From Gemmatimonadota bacterium (lineage in GTDB: Bacteria > Gemmatimonadota > Gemmatimonadetes > Palauibacterales > Palauibacteraceae), in contig JBDGXC010000006.1 of NCBI GenBank assembly GCA_039584815.1, forward strand, positions 1,549-65,548: a DNA stretch of 64,000 nt, read 5' to 3'. This document shows, piece by piece, positions 22,901-33,306 of this stretch. Each line of letters begins with the position of its first letter. Position 1 is the stretch's first letter. Position numbers and translations under genes: made by a program. The notes below the pieces were generated by a model. That model saw only the letters and a program-made list of their open reading frames with translations. It did no database searches and was not told where the DNA came from.

Positions 22901-24319
22901 ATGCGGAAGCGACTCATCAATCTACGGATTCCGGCCGACGGCCCGGTGACGTCCGGAGCCGACACGGTCGAGCGGGACCTGTTGATCCGCGACGGTCGCA
23001 TCGCGGAGATCGTCCCGCCCGCCGGGCGTCCGGCCGAGGCGGACGAGGAACGCGTCGATCTGGAGAACGCCCTCGTCCTGCCGGGAGCGATCGACGGACA
23101 CGTCCACTTCGACGACCCCGGGTTCACGCACCGGGAGAACTTCGAGACGGGAACCCGCGCGGCTGCTGCCGGAGGCGTAACGTGCATCGTCGACATGCCG
23201 TGCACGTCGCTTCCGCCCGTCACGACCCGCGCCAACCTCGAGGCGAAGCTGTCCGTCATCGCACCCAGGGCGCACGTCGACTTCATGCTGTGGGGCGGCG
23301 CCTCGGCCAACTCGCTCGCCGACCCGGATTGGGCGCGCCACCTGGAGGAGCTCGTCGAGGACGGCGTGGCCGCGATCAAGGTGTACATGTTGTCCGGCAT
23401 GGACACGTTTCGTGACCTGACCGTGTCCCAGATCGAATCCGTGCTCCGTGAGACCCACCGTCTGGGGATCCCGGCGGGCGTGCACGCCGAGGACCGGGCA
23501 CAGGTGATCGAGTTGACCGAGCGACTGCGGGCCGAGGGAGCGAACGGGCCGCTGGACTACGCCGCGTCCAGACCGGCGGCTGCAGAGGTGTGCGCCGTCA
23601 CGGCGCTCCGCGACCTGTGCCGGCGCACGGGCGCGAGGGTGCACGTCGTGCACCTCGCTTCCGGCGAGGCTCTCGACGTGGTCACCGCGGCACGCGCCGA
23701 GGGACTGCTCCTGTCGGCCGAGACCTGCCCCCACTTCCTGGCGTTCACCGAGGCCGACCTCGAAGCGCAGGGTGCGCTGCTCAAAACCGCTCCGGTCGTG
23801 AAATCGGAGGCCGACAGGGCGCGGCTGTGGGAGGGAGTGGCCGGGGGCCAGCTCCAGTACGTGGCCACCGACCACGCGGCCGGGCAATGGCCGGAAGAGA
23901 AGCACACCGGCTCGATCTGGACGGACTACGGGGGCGTTCCCGGCGTGGAGATCCTGCTCCCGTACATGTACTCGGACGGATATCGCGCGGGGCGCCTGTC
24001 GCTCGCCCGGCTCGTCGAGGTCACGGCGTCCGAGCCGGCGCGGTTCTTCGGCATCGAGTCCCGCAAGGGACGCATGGCGGAAGGCCTGGACGCGGATCTG
24101 GCCGTGATCGACGAGGAGGACGACTGGACGGTCCGGGCATCGGACCTGCACAGCCTGAACCGGTACACGCCTCATGAAGGACAGCGACTGGCCGGACGAG
24201 TCCGGGCCACGCTCGTGCGGGGCGAAGAGGTGTTCCGGCGTCATCCGGGCGGTGCGGAGACCTTCGGTTCTCCCGGCCACGGGCACCGGGTGCGGCGTGA
24301 AACGCGGGTGGAGACATGA
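22901..24319 (+). CDS. Cyclic amidohydrolase (hydantoinase/allantoinase/dihydropyrimidinase family; HyuA-like)
   Basis: Has LPGAIDGHVHF, a carbamylated-Lys region AIKVYM, ...VHAED..., a VHVVHLAS-type motif and ATDHA. This is the amidohydrolase superfamily metal-ligand pattern of DHOase-like enzymes. Confidence 0.8.
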   Translation: MRKRLINLRIPADGPVTSGADTVERDLLIRDGRIAEIVPPAGRPAEADEERVDLENALVLPGAIDGHVHFDDPGFTHRENFETGTRAAAAGGVTCIVDMPCTSLPPVTTRANLEAKLSVIAPRAHVDFMLWGGASANSLADPDWARHLEELVEDGVAAIKVYMLSGMDTFRDLTVSQIESVLRETHRLGIPAGVHAEDRAQVIELTERLRAEGANGPLDYAASRPAAAEVCAVTALRDLCRRTGARVHVVHLASGEALDVVTAARAEGLLLSAETCPHFLAFTEADLEAQGALLKTAPVVKSEADRARLWEGVAGGQLQYVATDHAAGQWPEEKHTGSIWTDYGGVPGVEILLPYMYSDGYRAGRLSLARLVEVTASEPARFFGIESRKGRMAEGLDADLAVIDEEDDWTVRASDLHSLNRYTPHEGQRLAGRVRATLVRGEEVFRRHPGGAETFGSPGHGHRVRRETRVET

Positions 24320-25704
24320 GTGACGTCACGGTCCTCGGGCACGGAGACGTGATCACCGGCTGGGACGCCGCCGCCGTGATCCCGGATGGAGCCGTCGCGT
24401 GGAGCGGCGACCGGATCGTCGCCGTCGGGCCCGTCGAGGAGGTTCGAGCCGCGCATCCGGGGGCCGCGACGCTCGACGCCGGCGGTGGCCTCGTTCTGCC
24501 GGGTCTGGTGAACCTTCACCATCACTTCTATTCCGCACTGGCTCGCGGGCTCGACCCGGGCGTGCCGATGCGCGACTTCCCCGCGATCCTGGACCGTTTG
24601 TGGTGGCGCCTGGATCGCGCGCTGGATCCGGAGACCGTGCGACTGTCTGCTCTGCTCTCGGCCGCCGAGTGCGTGCGCTGGGGCTGCACGACCGTGTTCG
24701 ATCACCACGCCTCTCCCTCCTGCATCGAGGGAAGCCTCGACCTCATCGCGGGAGCGGTCGAAGCCGCGGGAATCTCGGCGGTCCTGTGCTACGAGGTGAG
24801 CGATCGCAACGGGGCGTCAGGTGCGCGTGCCGGGCTCGAGGAAAACTGGCGTTTCCTGGAGGAAAGGCAGACCGACCGGCGCGTGCGAGGCATGCTCGGC
24901 CTGCACGCCAGCTTCACGGTTCGCGATGTGACGCTGGCGGAAGCCGCGGGGCGGCGCCCACCCGGGACCGGCGTTCATGTGCACGTCGCCGAGCACCCGG
25001 TGGATGTGGAAGCGTCGATCCGCGCTTTCGGCGCCGGGCCGCTGGAGCGGCTCGCGGCCACGGAGCTGCTCGACGATCGCTCCCTGCTGGCGCACGCGAT
25101 CCATCTGGACGAGCGGGAGTACGAGCGAGCCGCGGCGGCGGGTGCGACGCTGATCCACAACCCGGAGTCCAACGCCAACAACGGCGTGGGACGGCTGGAC
25201 GTTCCGAGGGCCGCGGACCTCGGGTGCGCGATCGGCCTGGGCACGGACGGGATGTCGTCCGCCGTCCTGCGGGCACTGCGGGCCGCGTTCCTGGGATTGC
25301 GAGGCGGCGCGGAAGATCCCTCGCGGGGCTTCGACCACGTACCACGACTGCTCGCGACGAACGCCAGGGTCGCCGCCCGTCTGCTGGACGAACCGTTACT
25401 CGGCCAGCTTGCGCCCGGCGCTCCGGCCGACGTGGTCGTGGTCGATGCGCCCGCCCCCACGCCGTTCGGGCCGGAGAACCGGTTCGCTCACCTGGTGTAC
25501 GGGGTCGCCGAAGCGCCCGTGCGGCACACGGTGGCCCGCGGTAGAGTGCTTCTCGAGGACTACCTTCTCCGGACGCTGAACCTCGAGGCCATCGCGCTCG
25601 ACGCGCGGCGGGCGACACCCGGGCTGTGGGAGCGCTATCACGCCCTCGAGTGGAACACCCCGTACCTGGGCCCGGATGGCCCGTCCGTCAGGGAGGCGCA
25701 ATGA
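24316..25704 (+). CDS. SsnA-like amidohydrolase (chlorohydrolase/aminohydrolase family)
   Basis: ATGA overlap with the upstream gene. Has LPGLVNLHHHFYSAL, GCTTVFDHH, VHVHVAEH and GLGTDG, typical of the SsnA/guanine-deaminase-like branch. Confidence 0.75.
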   Translation: MSDVTVLGHGDVITGWDAAAVIPDGAVAWSGDRIVAVGPVEEVRAAHPGAATLDAGGGLVLPGLVNLHHHFYSALARGLDPGVPMRDFPAILDRLWWRLDRALDPETVRLSALLSAAECVRWGCTTVFDHHASPSCIEGSLDLIAGAVEAAGISAVLCYEVSDRNGASGARAGLEENWRFLEERQTDRRVRGMLGLHASFTVRDVTLAEAAGRRPPGTGVHVHVAEHPVDVEASIRAFGAGPLERLAATELLDDRSLLAHAIHLDEREYERAAAAGATLIHNPESNANNGVGRLDVPRAADLGCAIGLGTDGMSSAVLRALRAAFLGLRGGAEDPSRGFDHVPRLLATNARVAARLLDEPLLGQLAPGAPADVVVVDAPAPTPFGPENRFAHLVYGVAEAPVRHTVARGRVLLEDYLLRTLNLEAIALDARRATPGLWERYHALEWNTPYLGPDGPSVREAQ

Positions 25705-27164
25705 CTCACGTCGTGGACGCGGCCGCGCGGGAAAGGGCCGTCGAGCGGTGTCGCGAGCGCGGCGTCCTCATTCCCACGTTCGCCGAACAGCGCGATCCCT
25801 CGCTGGTCGATCCGGCCGTCAACCGGGCCCTGGCCGGCGTGGACGTTCAGGCGCTGGATCCACTCAACCTGTTCCGCATCACGTGGCACAACGATCCCGA
25901 CTCCGGAGGCTTCGGCGCGGTGGCCGCGATCGAGCTTCCATCCGAGCTCACGGGAGTGTCCGCCCGCGTGGTCGGGCTGGTGGGAGAGCTCTTCCCGACG
26001 GGCGCACACAAGGTCGGCGCCGCATTCGGGTGTCTCGTGCCCCGGCTTGTCACCGGTGCGTTCGACCCGACCATTCACAAGGCCGTGTGGCCCTCGACAG
26101 GCAATTACTGCCGGGGCGGGGCGTTCGACAGCCTTCTACTCGGGTGCGAGGCCGTGGCGATCCTGCCGGAAGAGATGAGCCGCGAGCGCTTCGAGTGGCT
26201 GGAGCGGGTGGGGGCGGAGATCATCGCGACGCCGGGCTGTGAGAGCAACGTCAAGGAAATCTTCGACATGTGCTGGGAGATCCGCCGCACACGGCCCGAG
26301 GCCGTGATCTTCAACCAGTTCGACGAGTTCGGCAACTACCTGTGGCACTATGGCTTGACCGGTCCTGCCGCGCACTCGGTGTTCGAGCGCCTCGCCGGTC
26401 CTGAGGACCGTTTCGCGGCCTGGGTAAGCGCCACGGGCTCGGGTGGAACGCTGGGGGCCGGGGACTATCTGAAACAGCGGTTCCCCGGTTGCCGGGTCAC
26501 AGCGGCGGAGGCGTTGCAGTGCCCCACCTTGCTGAACACCGGTTTCGGGGGGCACCGGATCGAGGGTATCGGGGACAAGCACGTCCCGTGGATCCACAAC
26601 GTCCGGAACACGGACTTCGTAGCGGCGATCGACGACGAGGCCACCATGCGGATCGCCCGTCTGTTCAACGAGCCGGCCGGTCACGAGCTGCTCGTCGGAC
26701 GCGGAGTTCCCGCGCCGGCGGTCGGTCGGCTCCCGTCACTCGGTCTCTCGTCTATCTGCAACCTGCTGGCCGCGATCAAGACGGCACGTTGGTTCGAGCT
26801 CGACGAGCACGACGTCCTCCTCACCCCGTTCACTGACGCCATGTGGCTGTATCAGACCCGGCTCGACGAGCTCTCGGCGGAGCGCGGCGCGTATCGAGAG
26901 CCGGACGCCGCGATCGACTTCGAGCGGCGACTGCTGGGCGCGACGACCGACCACGTGCGCGAGCTCACGCACCCGGACCGCAAGTCGATCCATAACCTGA
27001 AGTACTTCACGTGGGTTGAGCAGCAGGGCCGCACGGCGGAGGAGCTGGACGCGCTGTGGAGCCCCGCGTTCTGGACCGATCAGCAGGATCGCATTCCGGA
27101 GTGGGACGAGGCCATCGACGAGTTCAACGGCGACACGGGAGTCCTGGAGGGGTTGCGTGAGTAG
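25701..27164 (+). CDS. PLP-dependent fold-type II enzyme (TrpB-like lyase/thiolase family), 487 aa
   Basis: ATGA overlap with ssnA-like. PTGAHKVG resembles the TrpB HTGSHKIN PLP-lysine motif. A Gly-rich loop SATGSGGTLGAG is present. It is longer than TrpB, with an N-terminal extension. Confidence 0.65.
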   Translation: MTHVVDAAARERAVERCRERGVLIPTFAEQRDPSLVDPAVNRALAGVDVQALDPLNLFRITWHNDPDSGGFGAVAAIELPSELTGVSARVVGLVGELFPTGAHKVGAAFGCLVPRLVTGAFDPTIHKAVWPSTGNYCRGGAFDSLLLGCEAVAILPEEMSRERFEWLERVGAEIIATPGCESNVKEIFDMCWEIRRTRPEAVIFNQFDEFGNYLWHYGLTGPAAHSVFERLAGPEDRFAAWVSATGSGGTLGAGDYLKQRFPGCRVTAAEALQCPTLLNTGFGGHRIEGIGDKHVPWIHNVRNTDFVAAIDDEATMRIARLFNEPAGHELLVGRGVPAPAVGRLPSLGLSSICNLLAAIKTARWFELDEHDVLLTPFTDAMWLYQTRLDELSAERGAYREPDAAIDFERRLLGATTDHVRELTHPDRKSIHNLKYFTWVEQQGRTAEELDALWSPAFWTDQQDRIPEWDEAIDEFNGDTGVLEGLRE

Positions 27165-28401
27165 GCTGAGCGGATGGCTGGCCGATGCGGCTCGCGAGGC
27201 CGCCGTCGCGCACGAGGCGGAGATCGTGCGCTTCCTGCGTGAGATGATCGCGATACCGGCGGAGAGCGGAAACGAGGGCGAGCGGTGCCGACGGGTGCTG
27301 GAGGAGTACGAACGGCTGGGTTTCGATGAGGCGCGCTTCGATCGCCTGGGCAACGTCGTCGCCCGCTTGGGCGACGGTCCGCTGACGATCCTGCTGGATG
27401 GACACATCGACTGTGTCGGGATCGGCGATGCGTCGGCGTGGGCGCACGACCCGTTCATCGGAAAGCTCGAGGACGGCAAGGTGTGGGGCCGCGGAGCGGT
27501 GGACGAGCTTCCCGCTATCGCGTGCATGGCCTACGGCCTGAGCATGGCGCGCGAACGGGGCCTGCCGCCCGACGTCACCGTGTACCTGACGGCCTCCGTT
27601 ATGGAGGAGGATTGCGACGGGTACTGCCTGCGACACCTCATCGAGCAGGAGGGGATCCGGCCGGACGCCGTCGTGATCGGAGAGCCTACCGACCTCGGTG
27701 TGTATCGCGGGCAGCGAGGACGCGTGGAGGCTCTCATCACGGCCCGCGGGGTGTCGTCGCACGCCGCCCACCCGGAGGAAGGGGTGAACGCCCTGTATAA
27801 GCTGGCTCCGGTCCTGCTCGAGATCGAGGCGCTCAACGAGCGTCTTCCGCACGACGAGTTCCTCGGGAAGGGGACGGTGGTCGCCTCGTTCCTGGAGTGC
27901 GACTCGGCGTCCCTCAACGCCGTGCCGGCGGCGGCCCGTCTGTACGTGGATCGGCGATTGACGGCGGGCGAGACGGCGGAGGCGGCGGTCGAACAGATCC
28001 GCGCCCTGCCCGGGCTCGGCGACTCGGAAGTGGAGCTCCTGCGGTACGAGCGGAAGAGCTGGACGGGAGAGCGAGCCGCGCAGGACAAGGTGTTCCCGGC
28101 CTGGGTGCTTCCCGAGGAGCACGCTCTGGTGGGGGCTGTAGCCGAGGCCGTCGCGGCGGTGACGGGATCGCCTCCCGGCATTTCGCGCTGGGGATTCTCC
28201 ACCAACGGCGTCGCGACCATGGGACGGCACGGCATCCCCACGGTCGGCTTCGCCCCCGGGCTGGAGGAGCTGGCGCATACGACCGGGGAGTGGGTGGCGG
28301 TGGACGATCTGGTGACGGCCACCGCTGCGTACAGTCTGATCCCGGAGGCCGTGGCCGCACGCGTCGAGGATCTGCGGACCGATGGGGAGAAGTCCCGGTG
28401 A
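27156..28401 (+). CDS. M20-family peptidase/amidohydrolase (YgeY-like)
   Basis: The GTG start overlaps the upstream stop by 8 nt. Has LDGHIDCVG, WGRGAVDE, GEPTD and HAAHPEEGVNAL (M20 metal ligands and dimerisation domain). Confidence 0.8.
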
Positions 28402-29393
28402 ACGACTACGACATCATCGAAACGGCGAATCTCGGGGGGCGCGACTTCCTCTCCACGGAAGACTGGACCGTGGCAGAGCTGGAGACCCTGTTCTCGCTGG
28501 CGGCGAAGTTGAAGGCGGATCGCGCGGCCGGAGGTCGCACGCCGCTGCTCGTCGACAAGACGCTGTACATGATCTTCTTCGACTCGTCCACGCGGACCCG
28601 GAATTCGTTCGAGACCGGGATCACGCAACTCGGGGGACACGGGATCTACCTGTCGCCCGATCGCATGCAGATCAGCCACGGCGAGAACGCCCGAGACACG
28701 GCCAGCGTCCTGTCCCGGTACGGCGAGGCGATCGGGATCCGCCATTGCGCGTTCGGAGAGGGGAACGCGTACACGACCGAAGTGGCCGAGCACGCCTCGG
28801 TCCCCGTCCTCAACATGCAGTGCGACGTCTACCATCCCTGTCAGATCCTCGCCGACTACCTGACGATCCGGGAGCGCTTCGGAGACACCCGGGGACTGAA
28901 GCTGGGCGTGGCGTGGACGAGTGCGCCCAACTACGTGCGCCCGATCTCGGTCCCCCAGAGCCTGATTCTCATGATGCCTCGATTCGGGATCGACGTGACC
29001 CTCGCGTATCCGCCGGAGTTCCGCCTCATGCCGGAGATCGAAGAGCGAGCCAGCTGCAATGCGCGGGCCGCGGAATCCGGGTTCGAGATCTCGCATCGCT
29101 TCGAAGATGCGTTCGAGGACGCAGACGTCGTGATACCGAAGTCGTGGGGCCCCCTCGTGCACACGCGGGACACCGATGAGGGCCTGCGCCTCATCGAGGC
29201 CTATCCGGACTGGAGGTGCGACGCGAACCGGATGGCGCTGGGGAAGGAGCGCCTGATCTACATGCACCCTCTGCCCGCCGACCGCGGTCGAGAGGTAACC
29301 GACGAGGTAATCGACGGCCCGCACTCGGTGGTGTACGACGAGGCCGAGAATCGCCTGCACGTGCAGAAGGCGCTGATGGCGCTCACGATGTGA
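28396..29393 (+). CDS. YgeW-like carbamoyltransferase (ATCase/OTCase superfamily)
   Basis: GTGA overlap with the M20 gene. Has the carbamoyl-phosphate motif SSTRTRNSFE and HPLP (YMHPLPADRG). It is distinct from the OTC at 8984-9985. An in-frame upstream extension was rejected. Confidence 0.75.
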
Positions 29394-29397
29394 CGCG

Positions 29398-30639
29398 ATG
29401 AAGGCAGACTTCGTCCTCCGGTGCTCCGAGTGCGCACGCGAGCACGCCGAAGACCCGCGGCGTCTCGTGTGCGATCTGTGCGGCGAGCTCCAGGTGCCGG
29501 GAGGATCCACTCGGGGTGTGCTCGAAGTGGAGCTGGCTTCCCTGCCCGACCGATGGCCGGTCGAGCCGCCGGACGACCCGGGTTTTCTCACCTCCTTCCT
29601 GCCTGTCGCGACGTCGGACGCCTTCCCCGCGTTTCCGGCCGGCAACACCCCTCTCGTGTCCGCCCCCGCCCTGCGGCGCGAGCTCGGCATGCCCCGGCTG
29701 TGGATCAAGGACGACACGCGCAACCCGAGCGGCTCCACCAAGGATCGGGCTTCGCTGCTCGTGGCGGCCAAGGCTCGCGAATACGGTCTCGGGACGATCG
29801 CGACCGCCTCGACGGGAAACGCGGGGACAGCTCTGGCGGCCGTGTGCGCGGCGGCCGACCTGCGGGCCGTGGTGTTCGTCCCCGCGACCGCGCCCGAGGG
29901 AAAGCTGATCCAGATGCTGGCGTACGGCGCGGAGGTCCTGCCGGTGGACGGAACCTACGATCAGGCATTCGAGCTGTGCCTCGCGGCGTGTCGGGAATTC
30001 GCCTGGTACAACCGCAACACGGCTCTCAACCCGTTCACCGTCGAAGGCAAGAAGACGGTGGGGCTCGAGATCGCCCGGGGACTGGCTCCCGAGACTCCCG
30101 ATGTCGTCGTCGTTCCGGTGGGGGACGGGGTGATCCTGTCGGGCGTGGCGAAGGGGTTCGCCGACCTGGGTCGCGCCGGCCTGATCGACCGGCTGCCGCG
30201 CCTGCTCGCCGTTCAGCCGGTAGGCGCGGCGGCGATAGCTCGCGCGTGGCGCGCCGGATCGGAGGACGTGGAGCCGATCCCGGGAGCCCACAGCGTGGCC
30301 GACAGCCTGACGGTGGAGGCGCCGCGCGCCGCGCGCTTGTGCCTGCGTCGCCTGCGCGAAACGGGGGGCGGGGCCGTGACCGTCCCCGACGAGGCGATTC
30401 TGAGGGCGATACCGAGACTCGCCGCCCGGTCGGGAGTGTTCGCCGAACCCGCCGCGGCGGCGGGCCTCGCGGGGCTCGAACAAGCGGCCTCAGAAGGACT
30501 GGTGGACCGCGACGAGCGAATCGTCCTCGTGGTCACGGGCGCCGGTCTCAAGGACGTAGCCGCCGCCCGACGCTCGGTCCGGCGTCCCGATCCCGTCGCT
30601 CCGTCGCTGGAGGCCGTGGCCGGGCGGGTGCGCCCGTAG
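29398..30639 (+). CDS. Threonine-synthase-like PLP enzyme with N-terminal Cys4 zinc ribbon
   Basis: Collinear with short-form ThrC: NPSGSTKDRAS (versus NPTGSFKDRG), TASTGNAG, VFVP, GAEV..VDG.YD, NP...EGKKT and LTGAGLKD. The N-terminus has CSEC...CDLCG. Confidence 0.75.
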   Translation: MKADFVLRCSECAREHAEDPRRLVCDLCGELQVPGGSTRGVLEVELASLPDRWPVEPPDDPGFLTSFLPVATSDAFPAFPAGNTPLVSAPALRRELGMPRLWIKDDTRNPSGSTKDRASLLVAAKAREYGLGTIATASTGNAGTALAAVCAAADLRAVVFVPATAPEGKLIQMLAYGAEVLPVDGTYDQAFELCLAACREFAWYNRNTALNPFTVEGKKTVGLEIARGLAPETPDVVVVPVGDGVILSGVAKGFADLGRAGLIDRLPRLLAVQPVGAAAIARAWRAGSEDVEPIPGAHSVADSLTVEAPRAARLCLRRLRETGGGAVTVPDEAILRAIPRLAARSGVFAEPAAAAGLAGLEQAASEGLVDRDERIVLVVTGAGLKDVAAARRSVRRPDPVAPSLEAVAGRVRP

Positions 30640-30671
30640 GAGAGGGGCCGCAGCCAGGCGTGGCCGGCCCG

Positions 30672-31313
30672 TCAGAGTCGTCGAGCGAGACGGAGGATGA
30701 ATTGCCACCCCTCGTTTCGCAGGTTCTGCTCCTTGACCGCGTCGCTGATCCCCCACGAGTAGCGGGCCTCGAACACCACCATGTCCCCATCGCCGACGGC
30801 GTAGGACAGGCCGCCGCCCGCCGGGACGGCCCATTCGAGCGTCGCTCCGCCGAGCTCGGTGTCCTTGCAGCTCATCTTGTCAGCTTCGTCAATGGCCGCC
30901 TCGCACTTGAGGTTGAAGCCGGCCGCGATGCCGCCGTATCCGATCAGGCCCCACGTGGAACCGAGCGGCAACAGGATCTCGACCAGAAGTGGGGCCTCAA
31001 CGTAGTTGAGCTCGATGTCGAAGGAGCGAAGATCCGGGATCGAGCCGGTCAGCCCCTGGCCGCCCTTCTGGTTGTAGTTCACGCCCAGGTTGACGGCGAT
31101 GATCGAGCTGATGACGCGCTCCCCGTAGGCGCCGGCGAAGAAGCCCCACTCGTCGTCGCCGCGCGTCGTCACGTAGTCGCCGGTCATGTGGGTCATGGTC
31201 GCGCCGACCGAGAGGCCCCAGCCCTCGCCCTGTGCCGTGCCAGGCCTCGGCGCGGCGAGGAGCACGAGGGCCGCCAGGCCGACGATCGCGGTGGTACCGG
31301 GCTTCGAAGTCAC
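30672..31313 (-). CDS. Small outer-membrane beta-barrel protein (OmpA-like 8-strand barrel family)
   Basis: 213 aa. Signal peptide AIVGLAALVLLAAPRPGTAQG, Gly/aromatic-rich strands and a C-terminal ...WQFILRLARRL. Confidence 0.55.
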   Translation of the reverse strand: MTSKPGTTAIVGLAALVLLAAPRPGTAQGEGWGLSVGATMTHMTGDYVTTRGDDEWGFFAGAYGERVISSIIAVNLGVNYNQKGGQGLTGSIPDLRSFDIELNYVEAPLLVEILLPLGSTWGLIGYGGIAAGFNLKCEAAIDEADKMSCKDTELGGATLEWAVPAGGGLSYAVGDGDMVVFEARYSWGISDAVKEQNLRNEGWQFILRLARRL

Positions 31314-31374
31314 GCGTCCTCCACAGTCTGAGGGGAGACGGGGCCGCGGAACGCGCGGCGCGCCGGGCGATGGC

Positions 31375-32340
31375 TCACTCGCACACGACGTCGAACGTCG
31401 TGCTCACCGTGTCGCCGGCGACCACGGTGACCGAGCGTGGGTTCTCGTCCACCGCACAGTTCTCCAGGACGTCGACCAGCCGGACGGCGTGGGCAGTGGC
31501 GCTCAGGGCCGGGAATACGACCGCGTCGCTCGGCCCGATCGCCGACGACCGTTGTCCGTCCACCGTGACCACGAAGTCTCGGTCCATGTTCGTTCCGGCG
31601 GTGCTTGTCGCAACGCGCAGGGCACCGACCTCCTGCCCCACTACCGAGACGGTGCCGGACGGCGCGACGGGCTGGATGCTCAGCGAGTCCTCGTACACGT
31701 AGATGCCCTCCACCTTGGCCACCAGCCGGTAGCGCTCGCTGTTCCCCAGAGAGCCGCTGATGAAGCCCGCCGCTCCGTCCGGAACCGCGGTGGACACCAC
31801 GGAATGTCGGAGCGCGTCCCGGTTCACCCACTCGATGGTGTCGCCGAGCACGACTTCCACGCTGTCGCCCCCGAGCGGCACCTCGAACCGATCGATCAGG
31901 ATCTCGATCAGCACCACGGTGGTTCGGATGTCGAACTCCACGGACTCGCCCCCGTCGCCGGCGATCGTGGCAGTAACCTCGATTTCGCCGAGCAGCGGAC
32001 CCGGCGTGACCAGCACCGAGGCCTCGCCCTGTTCGTCCGTGACCGAGCTCGACCAGGAGAGGGTCGCGACACCGCGCGTGATGGTCCACAGGATCTCGAC
32101 GTCCGGCACGGGAACGGATCCGGCCTGCGCCTGCACGATCAGGGACTGGCCGAGAACCTCCGAGGTGCGGCCGTTCTGCAGATCGCCGGATACGATGAAC
32201 AGTGCGTCCGCTCTCGCGTCACCCGACCCGCCCCCGACTCCGACGATCAGGTCTGTGTCGTCGCACGCCCCGAGGACGAAGAGCACCGCCGCTCCCGCGC
32301 CCGCGACGCAGCCGGCCAAGGTCCGTCCCCGACGCCTCAC
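31375..32340 (-). CDS. Lipoprotein with Ig-like and cupredoxin-like (copper-ligand-less) domains
   Basis: Lipobox LGAC. The [17 protein letters not shown] segment resembles the cupredoxin fold, but no Cys/Met copper ligands are visible. Confidence 0.45.
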   Translation of the reverse strand: MRRRGRTLAGCVAGAGAAVLFVLGACDDTDLIVGVGGGSGDARADALFIVSGDLQNGRTSEVLGQSLIVQAQAGSVPVPDVEILWTITRGVATLSWSSSVTDEQGEASVLVTPGPLLGEIEVTATIAGDGGESVEFDIRTTVVLIEILIDRFEVPLGGDSVEVVLGDTIEWVNRDALRHSVVSTAVPDGAAGFISGSLGNSERYRLVAKVEGIYVYEDSLSIQPVAPSGTVSVVGQEVGALRVATSTAGTNMDRDFVVTVDGQRSSAIGPSDAVVFPALSATAHAVRLVDVLENCAVDENPRSVTVVAGDTVSTTFDVVCE

Positions 32341-33224
32341 GGGCCCGCAACCACGGGCACCCGCCCGGACCGCGCCGGCGGTCGAACCTCTCGCTCACCG
32401 GCGACGGCGATGATCTCGCGCAGGATGTCCGCCGGAACGCCCTGGTGTGGATCGCAGCGCAGCTCCGAGCGTTCCGTCCCCGGCGCCAGGATCTCCACCA
32501 GAAGCCCGTGGACGCCCGCATCCAGGGCCGCCCGGCTGGTCTCCTCGACCCGTGTCCACTCCCCGGTGGCGTGGGACGGATCGCCGATGACCGGAAGAGG
32601 AGTGGCCCGGCGCAACGGCGCGATCACATCCAGATCGAACTCGGAGCGGGCGTGATTCCACGAACAGTCCCGACGCACGCCCCGCTCGCACAGCACGATC
32701 TTCCGGTTGCCGCCACGGGCGATGTATTCCGCCGCGCACAGCCATTCCTCCAGCGTCGCGCTGAACCCCCGCTTCAGGAGGACCGGAACGTCCACACGAC
32801 CCACTTCCGTCAGGAGCGGGAAGTTCTGCATCGAGCGGGACCCGATCTGGAGCATGTCCGCCAATGCTGCGACCCGGTCCACGAGGCGCGGATCCTGCAC
32901 CTCGGTGACGATGCCGAGTCCGGTCTCCTGCCGCACACGGGTCAGGATCTCGAGCCCTTCGTCGCCGAGTCCCTGGAACGAGTACGGGCTCGTGCGGGGC
33001 TTGAAGGCACCGCCGCGCAGAAGGTCAGCGCCCGCCTCGAGAGAGGCGCGTGCCGCACTGAGAGTCTGATCGTACGATTCCACGGCGCACGGACCCGCGA
33101 TGATCACGGGTCGCGTTCCGCCGATCGGTACGCCGGCTACTTCGACGACGTACGTGGTGGACGGATCGGCGTAGTCGGGCCAGTTGCGCCGCAATATGCT
33201 GAGGTTGGAAAGACCGCCGGTCAT
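32337..33224 (-). CDS. 3-deoxy-7-phosphoheptulonate (DAHP) synthase, class I-beta (AroF/KdsA-like fold)
   Basis: 295 aa. [24 protein letters not shown] and the C-terminal GVHGLLVE are present. There is no regulatory extension. Confidence 0.7.
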   Translation of the reverse strand: MTGGLSNLSILRRNWPDYADPSTTYVVEVAGVPIGGTRPVIIAGPCAVESYDQTLSAARASLEAGADLLRGGAFKPRTSPYSFQGLGDEGLEILTRVRQETGLGIVTEVQDPRLVDRVAALADMLQIGSRSMQNFPLLTEVGRVDVPVLLKRGFSATLEEWLCAAEYIARGGNRKIVLCERGVRRDCSWNHARSEFDLDVIAPLRRATPLPVIGDPSHATGEWTRVEETSRAALDAGVHGLLVEILAPGTERSELRCDPHQGVPADILREIIAVAGEREVRPPARSGRVPVVAGP

Positions 33225-33306
33225 CTCCGCCCGTCTCGATTCGCGTTACACTTCCGAGGCCAGCGCGGTAAGATACACCGGCGCGTGTGGTTGTTCTAGC
33301 AAGTCG

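Noticed and set aside
22922-24286. 454-aa minus-strand ORF
   Set aside because: Antisense to the cyclic amidohydrolase gene.
27897-28395. N-terminal 165-aa extension of the YgeW-like ORF
   Set aside because: It overlaps the M20 peptidase gene, which has intact M20 motifs in its own frame. The GTG at 28396 forms a GTGA coupling overlap.
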